DNA of 64,000 nucleotides from Malacoraja senta. Its lineage: Eukaryota. The notes beneath the pieces were generated by a model. It was not told the DNA's origin, made no database searches, and saw only the letters and a list, made by a program, of their open reading frames with translations. Where the stretch lies: contig CM075992.1 of NCBI GenBank assembly GCA_038087875.1, positions 9,364,001 to 9,428,000 of the forward strand, written 5' to 3'. How positions within the stretch are numbered: position 1 is the first letter of the stretch; the number at the start of each line of letters is the position of its first letter. Made by a program: the position numbers and the translations under genes. Positions 51,677-63,546 of this stretch are shown piece after piece.

Positions 51677-52216
51677 TCCAGCATTTTGAGTCCATCTTTG
51701 GTATAAACCAGCATCTGCAGTTCCTTCCTACACATTTTGTATTGCATCAAATTATATTTCAAAGATTAATTTACCGAACTACTTTGAACTCTTTACTGTA
51801 GGATCTTAGTTGTGAATAATCACTCTTTGATTGTAGGAGGTAGATTGTGAAGCAGATTAACCACAGTTATTTATATTTTAAGTGGAGAATTTTTTATTTT
51901 GAAGAGTAAATTCTAAAGATTGTAACTTTACTAAGGAATTTCCAAACGTAATTACAATTCTTGCAAGCCATTATAAAACATACGACTAGATGACTAGATG
52001 ATAAAGGAAACAGGCCATTATTAGCTGTCTGTAGGGTGAAAATGAGAAGCTAGTGCGACTTGGGTGGGGGAGGGATAAGATGTGGACTCCGATACATCAG
52101 CGAGACCAAACACAGACTGGTAGATCGTTTTGCGGGACACCTTCGTTCAGCCCGCCTGAAATTACCTGATCTTCCGGTTGCTGGACACTTTAATTCTCCT
52201 TCCCATTCCTACACAG

Positions 52217-52838
52217 TCAATAGACATTAGACAATAGACAATAGGTGCAGGAGTAGGCCATTTGGCCCTTCGAGCCAGCACCACCATTCAATGTGATCAT
52301 GGCTGATCATCCCCAATCAAGTACCCCGTTCCTGCCTTCTCCCCATATCCCCTGACTCCGCTATTTTTAAGAGCCCTATCTAGCTCTCTCTTGAAAGCTT
52401 CCAGAGAACCTGCCTCCACCGCCCTCTGAGGCAGAGAATTCCACAGACTCACCACTCTATGTGAGAAAAAGTGTTTCCTCGTCTCCGTTCTAAATGGCTT
52501 ACTCCTTATTCTTAAACTGTGGCCCCTGGTTCTGGACTCGCACAACATCGGGAACATGTTTCCTGCCTCTAGTGGGTCCAAGCCCTTAACAATCTTATAT
52601 GTTTCAATGAGAATCCCTTCTCATCCTTCTAAACTCCAGAGTGTACAAGCCCAGCTGCTCCATTTTCTCAGCATATGACAGTCCCGCCATCCTGGGAATC
52701 AACCTTGTAGACCTACGCTGCACTCCCTCAATAGCAAGAATGTCCTTCCTCAAATTAGGGGACCAAAACTGCACACAATACTCCAGGTGTGGTCTCATTA
52801 GGGCTCTGTACAATTGCAGAAGGACCTCTTTGCTCCTA
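52217..52838 (-). mobile_element. CR1/HER1 LINE 3' fragment nested in an antisense-to-sense Penelope remnant
   Basis: RPHLEYCVQFWSP..; (caataga)n tail. Confidence 0.9.
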
Positions 52839-53510
52839 TCTGTCCTTTCTGTCCTAGGTCTCCTCCATTGTCAGAGTGAGGCTAAAAGCAAATTGGAGGA
52901 ATTTCCAATTGGAGGAATTTCCAATTGGAGGAGCAAATTGGAGGAATTTGCAATCTCATATTTTGCTTGGGCAGCTTAGTGGTATGAATATTGATTTCTC
53001 TAACTTCAGGTAGCCCTGGCATTCCCTCTCCCTCTATCCCTCCCTCACCCAAGTCGCACTAGCATCTCATTTTCACTCTAAACAGCTAACAATGGCCTGT
53101 TTCCTTTATCATTGTTACTTTTTTGCATCTTTCATTCATTGTTCTTTATCTCTCCACATCATCATCTATATCTCTCGTTTCCCTAATCCCTAACCAGTCT
53201 GAAGAAGGGTCTCGACCCGAAATGTCACCCATTCCTTCTCTCCAGAGATGCTGCCTGTCCTGCTGACTTATTCCAGATTTTTGTGTCTATCAACATGGAT
53301 AGTATTGTTTCCTTCATCGTGGCAAGTGGATGGGCAAAAGTTACTGATTAGAAGTGGAAACTGTTGTGCTTGGAAGTATTGAGTTTATCAATAAGCATTT
53401 TGAATCTTGGGACATTTTTTCTTGCGGCACCTAAAAGTGGAGGTCAGCCATACATTCCTTGGCTCTGGACAGTGACTATCCATCATAGTGGGGTGAAGAC
53501 ACTATATTAA

Positions 53511-53756
53511 GGGCCTGTCCCACCTTCACAACCTAATTCACAACCTCTGCTGAGTTTGCCCTTGACTCATACTCGCAGCATGGTCGTCACGAGGTCGTAG
53601 GAAGTCGTAGGAGGTCGTAGGTAGGTCGTAGCAGGCCGTAATGCTAGTCGTAGGTACTCGTGGCATCAAGTAGGTCGGGGCGTTTTTTCTAGCATGATGA
53701 AAAATGTCCACAAGTAAACAAGGTCATGAATTAGGTCGTGAAAATGGGACAGGCCC
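53511..53756. mobile_element. MITE, TIR GGGCCTGTCCCA, flanked by TTAA
   Basis: ttaa|gggcctgtcccac ... atgggacaggccc|ttaa; internal ggtcgtag repeats. Confidence 0.8.
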
Positions 53757-53830
53757 TTAAGACTGCGTAGAGGATTGGTTAACGGATAGAAGACCTGGAA
53801 TAGGTGTAAATGAATAATTACATAGAACAT

Positions 53831-54122
53831 AGCGGTAGAGTTGCTGCCTTACAGCGTTTTCAGTGCCAGAGATGCCAATTCGATCCCGAGTATGGGTGCT
53901 GTGTGTACGGAGTTTGTACGTTCTCCCTGTGACCGCGTGGATTTTCTCCGAGATCTTCGGTTTCCTCCAAAGACATACAGGTTTGTAGGTTGATTGGCTT
54001 GGTATGATTGTGAATTGTCCCTAGTGTGTAGGATAGTGTTAGTGTGTGGGGATCGCTGGTCGGTGCGGTCTCGGTGGGCCGACGGGGCTGTTTATAGACT
54101 GTCTCTCTAAACTAAACTAAAC
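53831..54122 (+). mobile_element. HE1-like V-SINE
   Basis: Head, V-domain, tail. Confidence 0.85.
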
Positions 54123-55143
54123 ATGGCACCAAAGCCGGTCTTAATCCTCGCTAATTCAGACTGGGATTAAGTGTTTCAACAGACAATATGCAACTTCTAG
54201 GGAGCTGCTCTGCTCTGATCTTTTCACTAATAACATAAAACTAATTCAGTAAAGAGGTGGTGAAATTCCCGTAGAGGATCTTCAAATAACATTGAGTTGA
54301 GTTTAGTTTATTCTAACGGTACGGTGAAAAGATTTTGTTGCATGCTAACCAGCGGAAAGACAATACATGATTACAATCAAGCCATCCACAGTATACAGAA
54401 AAGAGTGGAGCGATTGCAATGCATGATCGCAGATCCACTTCTGCGACTAGCACACAGAGTCGCCTGCCTTGGGCGCCATCTTGGAAGATTTTTCCAAGAA
54501 AACAAGAAGCACTCGATGCCCTAGTGCGTTTAAAGGTGGATAGATCCCTAGGACCAGGACTAGAATTATCCCAAACTCCTGCAGGAGGCAAGGGAAGAGA
54601 TTGCTTGGGTTCTGGTTAAGGGTTTTAAATCTTCACTGGACATAAATGAGATACCGAATGACTGGGGGACAGCAAACATGGTCCCCCTTTTCAAGAACGA
54701 CAGCAAGGTAAAGCCTCATAATCATAGACCTATGAGCCTAACGTCAGTGGTCGGGAAGATGCTGGGAAAATGCTGAGGGAAGGGATTAATGACCACTTGG
54801 AAAGGTAAGGACTAACCAGATGCAGTTAGGTATCGGTTTTGGTTTATTGTCATGGTACAGTGAAAAGCTTTGTTTTGCATGCGAACCATACCGATCAGGT
54901 AATACCAAAGATAGACACAAAGTGCTGGAGTAACTCAGACTAAAGAAGAGTTCTGACCCGAAACGTCACCCATCCTTTTTCTCCAGAGATGTTGCCTGAC
55001 ACACTGAGCTACACCAGTAGTTTGTGTCTATCTTTGGTATTACCTGATCGGTATGGTTCGCATGCAAAACAAAGCTTTTCATTGTACCATGACAATGAAC
55101 CTAAACCTTTGGTATAAACCAGCATCTGCAGTTCCTTTCTACA

Positions 55144-55905
55144 GATCAGATAATACCATACATAAATACAATCAAGTCATCCTCTCAAGTATAATGGATA
55201 GGACCAAGCGCTTGATACAGAGTGCAGAATATAGTTCTCAGCATTGTAGAGTATCAGTTCCACAGACATAGTCCAATATCCACCATGGGGTAGAGGTGAA
55301 TCGGACTGTATGCTAACTTATGGAAGGACCATTCTGAAAACTGATGACAGAAGGGGAAAAGCTGTTCCTGAGTCCGGTGGGGCACTTTCAAGCTTCTATG
55401 ACTTCTGCAGGAATGGAGCATGGAGAAGAAGGAATAACCGGGGTGGAACGAGTCTTCGATTATGTTGGCTGTTTTTCCGAGGCAGCATGAAGTGTAGAAG
55501 GAGTCGATGGTGGGAAGTCTGCTCTGTGTGATGGTCTGGGCTACATATACAACTCTGCATTTTATTGTGGTCTTATGCAGAGCTATTCCCAAATCAAACT
55601 GATGCAATCCAACAGTACGCTTCCTATGTTGCATCTGTGCAAGTTTGTAAGAGTTATTGGAGACATGCCAACATTTCTTAGTCTCCTCAGGAAGTAGAGG
55701 CGTTGATGTGGCTTCTTGGCTGGCACATCAATGTGGTCAGTCCATGACAGATAACTGGTAATATTAATGCCAAGGATCTTAAGAGCTCTCAGCCATTTAC
55801 ACTTCAGTACTATTGATGCTGATGGGGGCATGTATGCCACTGTGCTTCCTGGTCGATAACTAGCATCTTCTTGCTGACATTGAGGGAGAGTTTATTGTCC
55901 TGACT
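55144..55905 (-). mobile_element. Rex1/Babar LINE fragment, decayed
   Basis: LSWTDHI..QRLYFLRRLR; VVYVAQTIT..LPTID. Confidence 0.8.
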
Positions 55906-56039
55906 CCAAGGACAGATCCTGTCCGACCAATTTGATTTCATCAGTCTGAAGAAGGTTCTCGACCCGAAACGTCACCTATTCCTTCGCTCCGTAGATGCTG
56001 CCTCACCCGCTGAGTTTCTCCAGCATTTTTGTCTACCAA

Positions 56040-57205
56040 TCTGGTTGAATTCTTTGAAGAGTAAACAAAATATATTGATGTGGGCAGAGCATATGTGATT
56101 TACATGGACGTTTGGCAAGGTCCCACTTGGGAACTGGTTCAAAAGGTTAGAGCCCATGGGATTCAGGGCGAGATGGAAATATTGGTTTGACAACAGGAGA
56201 AAGAGGATGATGGTAGAGGGTTGTTTTTGCAATTGGATGCCTACGTCTAGTGGTGTCCCTGAAGGATCAGTGCTGGGATCCAAGCTGTTTGCAATACACA
56301 TGACTGACATGGGTGTGGATGTGAGAGGCAAGATCAGTAATTTGTGGATGACATGAAGACTAGAAGAGTTGTTGATAGTGATATGGGTTGTTTTAGGCTG
56401 CAGAGAAACATTGATGTGCTGGTGAAACGGGCCGAGGAATAGTAGATGGAGTTTAATTCAGATAAATGTGAGGTGAGGCATTTTGGGAGTACTAATGAGG
56501 CTTGGATATACACCATGAATGTCAGGCTCTAAGGGAGTATTGAGGAGCAGAGATAATACAAAGGATCTTTGTCGATGCCAACACAGGTCGACAATGTGGT
56601 TACGCAGGCATGTATGATACTGGTCTTCATTGATCGGGGGCATTGATGACTGAAGTAGAGAGGTTATGCTCCAATATTATAAAACCTTGGTCAGACCTCA
56701 GCTGGTGTGTGCCTGTGGTTATGGTCACCAAGTTAAAGGGAAGATGTGGTAGTAGTGGGCAGAATGCAGAGGAGATTCACCAGGATGCTGCCAGAGATGG
56801 AGCAGTTCACTTATGAGGAGAGACTGGGGAAACTAGGTCTATTTTCCCTGGAGCAGAGGAGGTTAAGAGAGGAATTGATTGAGACGTGTAAAATTTTGAG
56901 AGGTGTATATATATAGGGTAGATTGCAAGAAACTTTTCCCCTTATCAGAGGCAGATAAAACTAGAGGATTTGGTTTAGGGTCAGGCGGAAGAGATTCAGA
57001 TGGGCTAGGAGGTGAAGCCTCTTCACCCAGAGAGTGGTAAGTACCTGGAGTGTGGTTGAAGCTGGGTCACTGACAGCAGATAAGAAGTATCTAGATATGG
57101 AATCGAACTGTCCAGGCATAGATGGCTGTGGACCAAGTGCTGCCAAGTCGAGTGCTTTTAGTCATTATGGATGAGTTGGGTCGAGATGCTGTATGAGTGT
57201 GACTC
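56040..57205 (+). mobile_element. Old CR1 LINE RT fragment (continues 54520-54820)
   Basis: SGVPEGSVLG; degenerate FADD and FNSDKCEV. Confidence 0.8.
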
Positions 57206-57363
57206 TTTGATTCAAATGCATGAAGAATATTGTGTGATCTACCAGACTTTTGAAGTATAATGAGTTAGAAACATGACACAGCTGTAAACCTGCTCCTGTC
57301 ACCTGGTTCTCCTGTTTAATGCTTCAGTCCTGACACGTTTTAAAATGTCCTTTCTTCCCGCAG

Positions 57364-57494
57364 GTGAGAGCTCTCTGGAGTTCCTTCACGATTTACCTCA
57401 GTTTCAGAACATGAGACAGGTACTTCAACAGAACCCATCGATGTTGCCGGCCCTTCTCCAGCAACTGGGGAGAGAAAACCCACAACTATTGCAG
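57364..57494 (+). CDS. RAD23A: RAD23A exon 7 (XPC-binding/STI1 domain)
   Basis: cag|(G)[43 protein letters not shown]|gtacgt; 131 bp. Confidence 0.95.
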
Positions 57495-57641
57495 GTACGT
57501 GTGAACAACTGAGCATCGAACAGGTCAGTATCTGACCTGAGAGACAGAATGTAGGGAGAACGGTGTCTGACCAAGTCTATCCCTCCCCCACCCAAGTCAC
57601 ACTAACCTCTCGTTTTCATTCAACAAACAGCTAATAATGGC

Positions 57642-57824
57642 CGGTAGACAAAAGTGCTGGAGAAACTCAGCGGGTGCGGCAGCATCTATGGAGCGAAGGA
57701 AATAGGCAACGTCTCGGGCCGAAACATTGCCTATTTCCTTCGCTCCATAGATGCTGCCGCACCCGCTGAGTTTCTCCAGCACTTTTGTCTACCTTCGATT
57801 TTCCAGCATCTGCAGTTCCTTCTT
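57642..57824. mobile_element. Fold-back Penelope-derived short element with 17-bp TSD
   Basis: Palindrome 57643-57793; TSD aaacagctaa(t/c)aatggc at 57625-57641 and 57825-57841. Confidence 0.85.
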
Positions 57825-59346
57825 AAACAGCTAACAATGGCATTTCCTTTATCATCATTACTTTTTTGCATCTTTTATTCATTGTTTTTATCTCTCTACT
57901 TTGTCTATATCTCTCGTTTCCCTTTTCCCTAACCAGTCTGAAGAAGGGTCTTGACCCGAAACGTCACCCATTCCTTCTCTCCAGAGCTGCTGCTTGTCCC
58001 GCTGAGTTACTCCAGCTTTTTGTGCCTCTCTTCGGTTTAAACCAGCATCTGCAGTTCCTTCCTACACAAGTCAGTCTATCATTGTACGTCCATAGTCAAA
58101 ATTAGAACAGTACAACACCATTTCCGGTTTAAATGCATAGCATCTCATTGCCTACATCTGATCCAAGCTAAATCCCATTGGAGCTGTTCGATGATGTTAG
58201 TGAGTGTGTGGGGATTTGAATGAACAATCTGTTTCCCCAGAACAGAGGTGGTTAATGATACAGAAAATACAAGTCTATTTCAGATTAAACTGTGACAGTG
58301 GAACAGATGTGTGACCAGTGAAAGGGCTGAAGTGAGAAAATTCTCCACACAGTGATCAGTTTGCAGACTGTTAACACAAATGTCAAACTTAACATAATTT
58401 AACAGGCACTTGGAGGCTGTGACCAGAATCGGGAGTAAAGAGTAAAGTTTTTAATTTGGTTATCGGAATGGACGTAACCCCCATCCCGTCTCCCTCCGTG
58501 CGCTTCCCACACCCTAGTCGTCGTACTAGTTTCACTGTCATCCTGTTGAGTTTCAATGTCTGTAGCTCGTTATCATCTACCCCACAGACAACAACGGACC
58601 ATTGTGGGCTCCACCTTCATTGATCATCGTTGCCTTTTGCATATGTTCCATTTACCTCGATACCTCTCGTTTCCCTCTCCCCTCACTCTCAATCTGAAGA
58701 AGGATCACGACCTGAAACATCACCTATTCCTTTTCTCCAAAGATGCTGCCTGTCCCGCTGAGTTACTCCAGCTTTCTGTGTCTATCTTTAAGCGGAATAG
58801 CATTCCTGGACATGGTGTACTTTGTGATAATGGTCACTGACCTTTGTTGGTACAATAAACTTTGGCCTAGATGCTTTGACCATCAGTAAAGTACTCACCA
58901 CTGATCTGGACAAAAGCTGGCACAAAGATCCAATGATCCCTGTGGCTTGGACACCCCCTTCTCTAGGATTTGTTGCTGTCACACATCTGTTCAAAGTACC
59001 ACTCTTAGTGCCCAACAACAGTGAAGCCATCAAGCAGAGCAACAAATCATATTGAAGTAGGAAGGAACTGCAAATGCTGGTTTACACCGGATAGATACAA
59101 AATGCTGGAGTAACTCAGCAGGACAGACAGCATCTCTGGATAGAAGATGTTTCGGGTCGAGACCCTTCTTCAGACTGAAGGAATGGGTGACGTTTTGGGT
59201 CGAGGCTGAAGGAATGGGTGACGTGTCTGAAGAAGGGTCTCGACCCGAAACGTCACTCATTCCTTCTATCCAGAGATGCTGCCTGTTGGTCCAGCATTCC
59301 TTCTATCCAGAGATGCTGCTGAGTTACATCAGCATTTTGTGTCTAT

Positions 59347-60480
59347 GTAGAAGTGGAAATGGTTGAGTGTTTCAAGTTTCTTGGTGTAAATATTACCAAC
59401 AATTTATCGTGGGCCAACCACATTTATGCGACATCAGGAAGGTACACCAACGCCTCTACTTCCTGAGGAGATTAGGGAAATTCTGCATGTCTCCAATGAC
59501 TCTTACAAGCTTCTACACTGGGCCTGTACTCGTTGGAGTTTAAAAGAATGAGGGGGGACCTCATTGAAACGTACCGACTAGTGAAAGGCTTGGATAGAGT
59601 GGATGTGGAGAGGATGTTTCCACTAGTGGAAGAGTCTCGAACTAGAGGTCACAGCCTCAGAATTAAAGTATGTTCCTTTAGGAAGGAGATGAGGAGGAAT
59701 TTCTTTAGCCAGAGGGTGGCGAATCTGTGGAATTTTTCACGACAGACGACTGTGGAGGCCATCATGGAAAATTTATAGACAGAGATAGATAGATTTTTGA
59801 TTAGTACAGATTCAGGGGTTATGGGGAGAAGGCAGGAGAATGGAGTTCGGAGGGAGAGATAGATCAGCCATGAATGAATGGCAGAGTAGACTTGATGGGC
59901 TGAATGGCCTAATTCTGCTCCTATCACTTATGACTTTATGACCGACAGGTGCACCAAATGTTGCATCACAGCTTGGTTTGGGAACAGTTCTACTCAAGAC
60001 CGCAAGAAATTCCATTGAACTGTAGATGTAGCCCAGTCTATCACACAGACCAGACTTCCCACCATTGACTCCATCTACACAATTCTGCCTTGGAAAAGAA
60101 GCCCAAATAATGAAAGACTTGTCCCACTCCAGTCATTCCTTCTTCCCCTAGCTCTCGTCCAGCAGAAAATACAGAAGCTTGAAAGCAGGCACCATCAAAC
60201 TCAGGAACAGATTTTTCCCCTCTATTATTAAGCATCTGAACAGTCGCTCCCTTGTCCGATTCACCTCTACCCCATTGCGGACATTGGACTTTGTCTGTGG
60301 AACTGATGCGCTACAATGCTGAGAACTATATTCTGCACTCTGTCTCTTCCCCTTTGATCTATCTATGGAACGAGTTTGACTTGATTGCATTTATTTAGAG
60401 CGTTATCTGAATTGTTTTTTTGTAGCACGCAAAACAAAGCTTTGCACCGTACCTCGGTATATGTGACGATAATAAACCCA
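59347..60480 (+). mobile_element. Rex1 LINE fragment interrupted by CR1 3' end (59519-59937)
   Basis: FKFLGVNI..LSWANH..QRLYFLRRL; resumes AWFGNS. Confidence 0.8.
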
Positions 60481-60496
60481 AACGCAAAATGATTAT

Positions 60497-60912
60497 GAGT
60501 TGAATATCCTCATCAGGAAGGCTGGCTCCGTCCTGGGGGCGGAGTTGGAGTTGGATTCATGGGAGGTTGGTCTTGGAGGGGAGGATGCTCCTCAAACTAC
60601 CGAGCATCATGGACAATACAGCTCACCCCCTCCATGACCCACTGGTGAACCTGAGGAGCACCTTCAGCAACAGACTGGTTCCACCAAGATGCAGCACAGA
60701 ACGCCACAGGAGATCCTTCTTCCCTGTGGCTATCAAACTGTACAACTCCTCCCCCTTCTGTCGTGGGGTAGACTGAGACTGACTCCCCCCCCCTCCCGCC
60801 CCCAATCTTTGCACATCCTCAATCCCTTTTCCACTCGTCACTTTAATTTCATGTTCCCTGTATCTTGCTGTGTTTTTATGACTGTTGGCAGATCAATTTC
60901 CCTCCTGGGATA
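60497..60912 (+). mobile_element. Rex1-clade LINE 3' end (second subfamily)
   Basis: IMDNTAHPLH..NRLVPPRCSTERHRRSFFPVAIKLYNS; tttccctcctgggataa tail. Confidence 0.8.
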
Positions 60913-61743
60913 AGGCAAGGCAAGGCAAGGCAAATTTATTTGTATAGCACCATTCGTGCAAACAGCAATTCAAGGTGCTTTACAGGAAAGAAAAAATAAA
61001 ATAGTCAATAATTAAAAATTGCAAAATAAGCAATACGACAAATGTATGAATAATAAAACAACGTCAATGAAGCAATAAAACAATTTTAAAAAGCACATAA
61101 AAGGGTTAAAATTAGACAGTTAAGATTACCTGCATGTCAGGTTATGGAAAAGCTCTAGTAAACAACAGTGTTTTAAGGCCTGATTTAAATGCGCTTACAG
61201 TCTGCACACCTCAGGTGTTCAGGGAGCTTGTTCCACAGGTGTGGAGCATCAAAACCCAATGCTGCTTCAGCCTTTTTAGTTCTGCCCCTGGGAACACAGA
61301 GTAAACCTGTCCCTGAAGACCTGAGGAGTCTAGGTGCCTCATATACAACAAGTAGGTCAGAGATGTATTTTGGACCTAGACCATTCAGTGCCTTGTAGGT
61401 CAGTAACAGAATTTTAAAATCTATCCTCTTACACACAGGGAGCCAGTGCAAAGATTTAAGGACAGGTGTAATGTGGTCCATTTTCTTGGTGTTGGTCAAG
61501 ACTCTGGCAGCGGCATTTTGGATAAGCTGCAGTTGTTTAATTGATTTTTTATTGAGACCTGTAAAGATGCCATTACAATAATCTAACCTACTAAAAATAT
61601 ATGCATGAACAAGTTTTTCAGTGTCTTCTTTGGACAGAAATCCCTTGATTCTTGCAATATTTTTTAGATGGTAATAGGCAGATCTGGTAATGGTCTTTAT
61701 ATGGCTGTTAAAATTCAAATTCGAGTCCATAACTACACCAAGA
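60913..61743 (-). mobile_element. L2-clade LINE 3' fragment
   Basis: SRLDYCNG..LQLIQNAAARVLT..HITPVL.SLHWLPV; (TTGCC)n tail. Confidence 0.9.
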
Positions 61744-62623
61744 TAAATAGTAAAGTAAAGTAAGTTTATTTATATAGCACTTTTCAATCAAATCACTGAA
61801 GCCAAAGTGCTTTACAGAGAGAATTAACCATATAAATGAAAAATAAAAGAGGTAGAAAAAAAAAGACAGGACACACTATTAGAGATTCAACACGAACATC
61901 CCCCCCCACAGCAGAGTCGACACTCTCCACTGTGAGGGAAGGGCACCAAAATGTCCAGTCCTCCTCCTCCTAGTCCACCCGAGGTCGGGGCCAGTTTGAG
62001 GCCACCGCAGCCGTTTGCCGCAACGGCAGCCCGATGATTATAGGCCCACCCGCCGGGAAGCTGGAACACCGGCATCGGGTGGAAAGTCCTCAGCGGCCTT
62101 GAAGTGTCTGGAGCGGCCGCTCCTTCCCCGGAGACTGCGGCGCCCATGGACTTCAGGCCGCGCCGGTTGGAGCTTCGACTCCGCGGTGTTTTTGATCCAG
62201 CGCCGCCCGCCCGCGGCGGGGTGCCCTCAAACCGCAGACCGCAGACCGCAGACCACAGACCACAGACCGCAGCTGCTCGATGTTGGTGGTCGGCGGTCAT
62301 AGCACACCGGAGCGGCGACCCGGCAAGGCATCGCCCGCTCCTTGTTGGTGTCCCAGCGCTGTGCCGCCGAAGCTGTGGTCCCCGGCAGGAACGCCGCTCC
62401 AGCCCGATGGAAGGCAGCATGGGGAGATCGGAGATGCGATTTGGAGGAAAACCGCATCTCCGACCAGGTAGGACTGGGGTTAAAACAGTTCCCCCCACCC
62501 CACCCCCCATATAGAAAGAATAGACCTCCAAATAAAAGTTATAGACAATAAAAAGGGTTAGAGGACGGACTGCAGGCAGGCGCCCATACAAACGGCGCCC
62601 ACTCCTGCACATCCGTCATCTTG
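61744..62623 (-). mobile_element. GC-rich retro-element family, copy 3 (L2-like tail)
   Basis: Tail tttatttatatagcac..aaagtgctttaca; hairpin 61899-61940; internal (cagacc(a/g))n. Confidence 0.75.
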
Positions 62624-62850
62624 AAATAGAAATAAATAAAGTTCTATCGTATCATGTCGTATTTATTTGAAAACATTCATTTATTTTAGCATCTGAAAGC
62701 TTGTTCGGCCCTTGTTTGACTTAGTATATTATGGCACAAATTACCCGCAGCCTACAATGAGTTAATGGTATGTGAAGTGCTTGTGTCTGTTTTGATGTAA
62801 CGGAGTGCTCCTTGGGGCAAATATAATGTTGAGTCATATCTTTCTTGCAG

Positions 62851-63006
62851 CAAATCAGCCAGCATCAGGAACAGTTCATCCAGATGTTAAACGAGCCCAT
62901 GGAGGAACCTGGAGAGATTGAAGAGGAGATGGGAGCGGTTGGAGAGGACACATCGCAAGCAAACTACATTCAGGTCACACCCCAAGAAAAGGAAGCCATA
63001 GAACGG
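62851..63006 (+). CDS. RAD23A: RAD23A exon 8 (end of XPC-binding domain, start of UBA2); last exon outside window
   Basis: cag|[52 protein letters not shown]|gtcagt; lacks the poly-Gly linker of RAD23B. Confidence 0.95.
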
Positions 63007-63043
63007 GTCAGTACAATTCACTAGAGAAATGCAGCCAAACCAG

Positions 63044-63412
63044 AAGATTGTTAAGGGCTTGGACACGCTAGAGGCAGGAAACATGTTCCCGATGTTGGGG
63101 GAGTCCAGAACCAGGGGCCACAGTTTAAGAATAAGGAGTAAGTCATTTAGAACGGAGACGAGGAAACACTTTTTCTCACAGAGAGTGGTGGGTCTGTGGA
63201 ATTCTCTGCCTCAGAGGGCGGTGGAGGCAGGTTCTCTGGATGCTTTCAAGAGAGAGCTAGTTAGGGCTCTTAAAAATAGCGGAGTCAGGGGATATGGGGA
63301 GAAGGCAGGAACGGGGTACTTGATTGGGGATGATCAGCCATGATCACATTGAATGGTGGTGCTGGCTCGAAGGGCCAAATGGCCTACTCCTGCACCTATT
63401 GTCTATTGTCTA
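63044..63412 (+). mobile_element. CR1/HER1 LINE 3' end
   Basis: KGLDTLEAGNMFPMLGESRTRGHSL. Confidence 0.9.
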
Positions 63413-63546
63413 TAAACCTTGGTGTTGGACTCAAAACAAACATTTCCCCCCTCTGGTTATTGTGTGTCAATGGCATTTCTAACATTGGCTTTGTTAAAAC
63501 AATGCTAATCAACATCTCTTGTCAACTCTACAAACATCTTAACGAT

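Noticed and set aside
61887..62612. 241-aa ORF and similar ORFs at 5130-5511 and 43606-44270
   Set aside because: Inside GC-rich repeat copies; the translations are not conserved between copies.
23281..63006. Assignment as RAD23B
   Set aside because: No poly-Gly linker, A-like exon 8 and NNPHRAVEY, and adjacency to CALR favour RAD23A.
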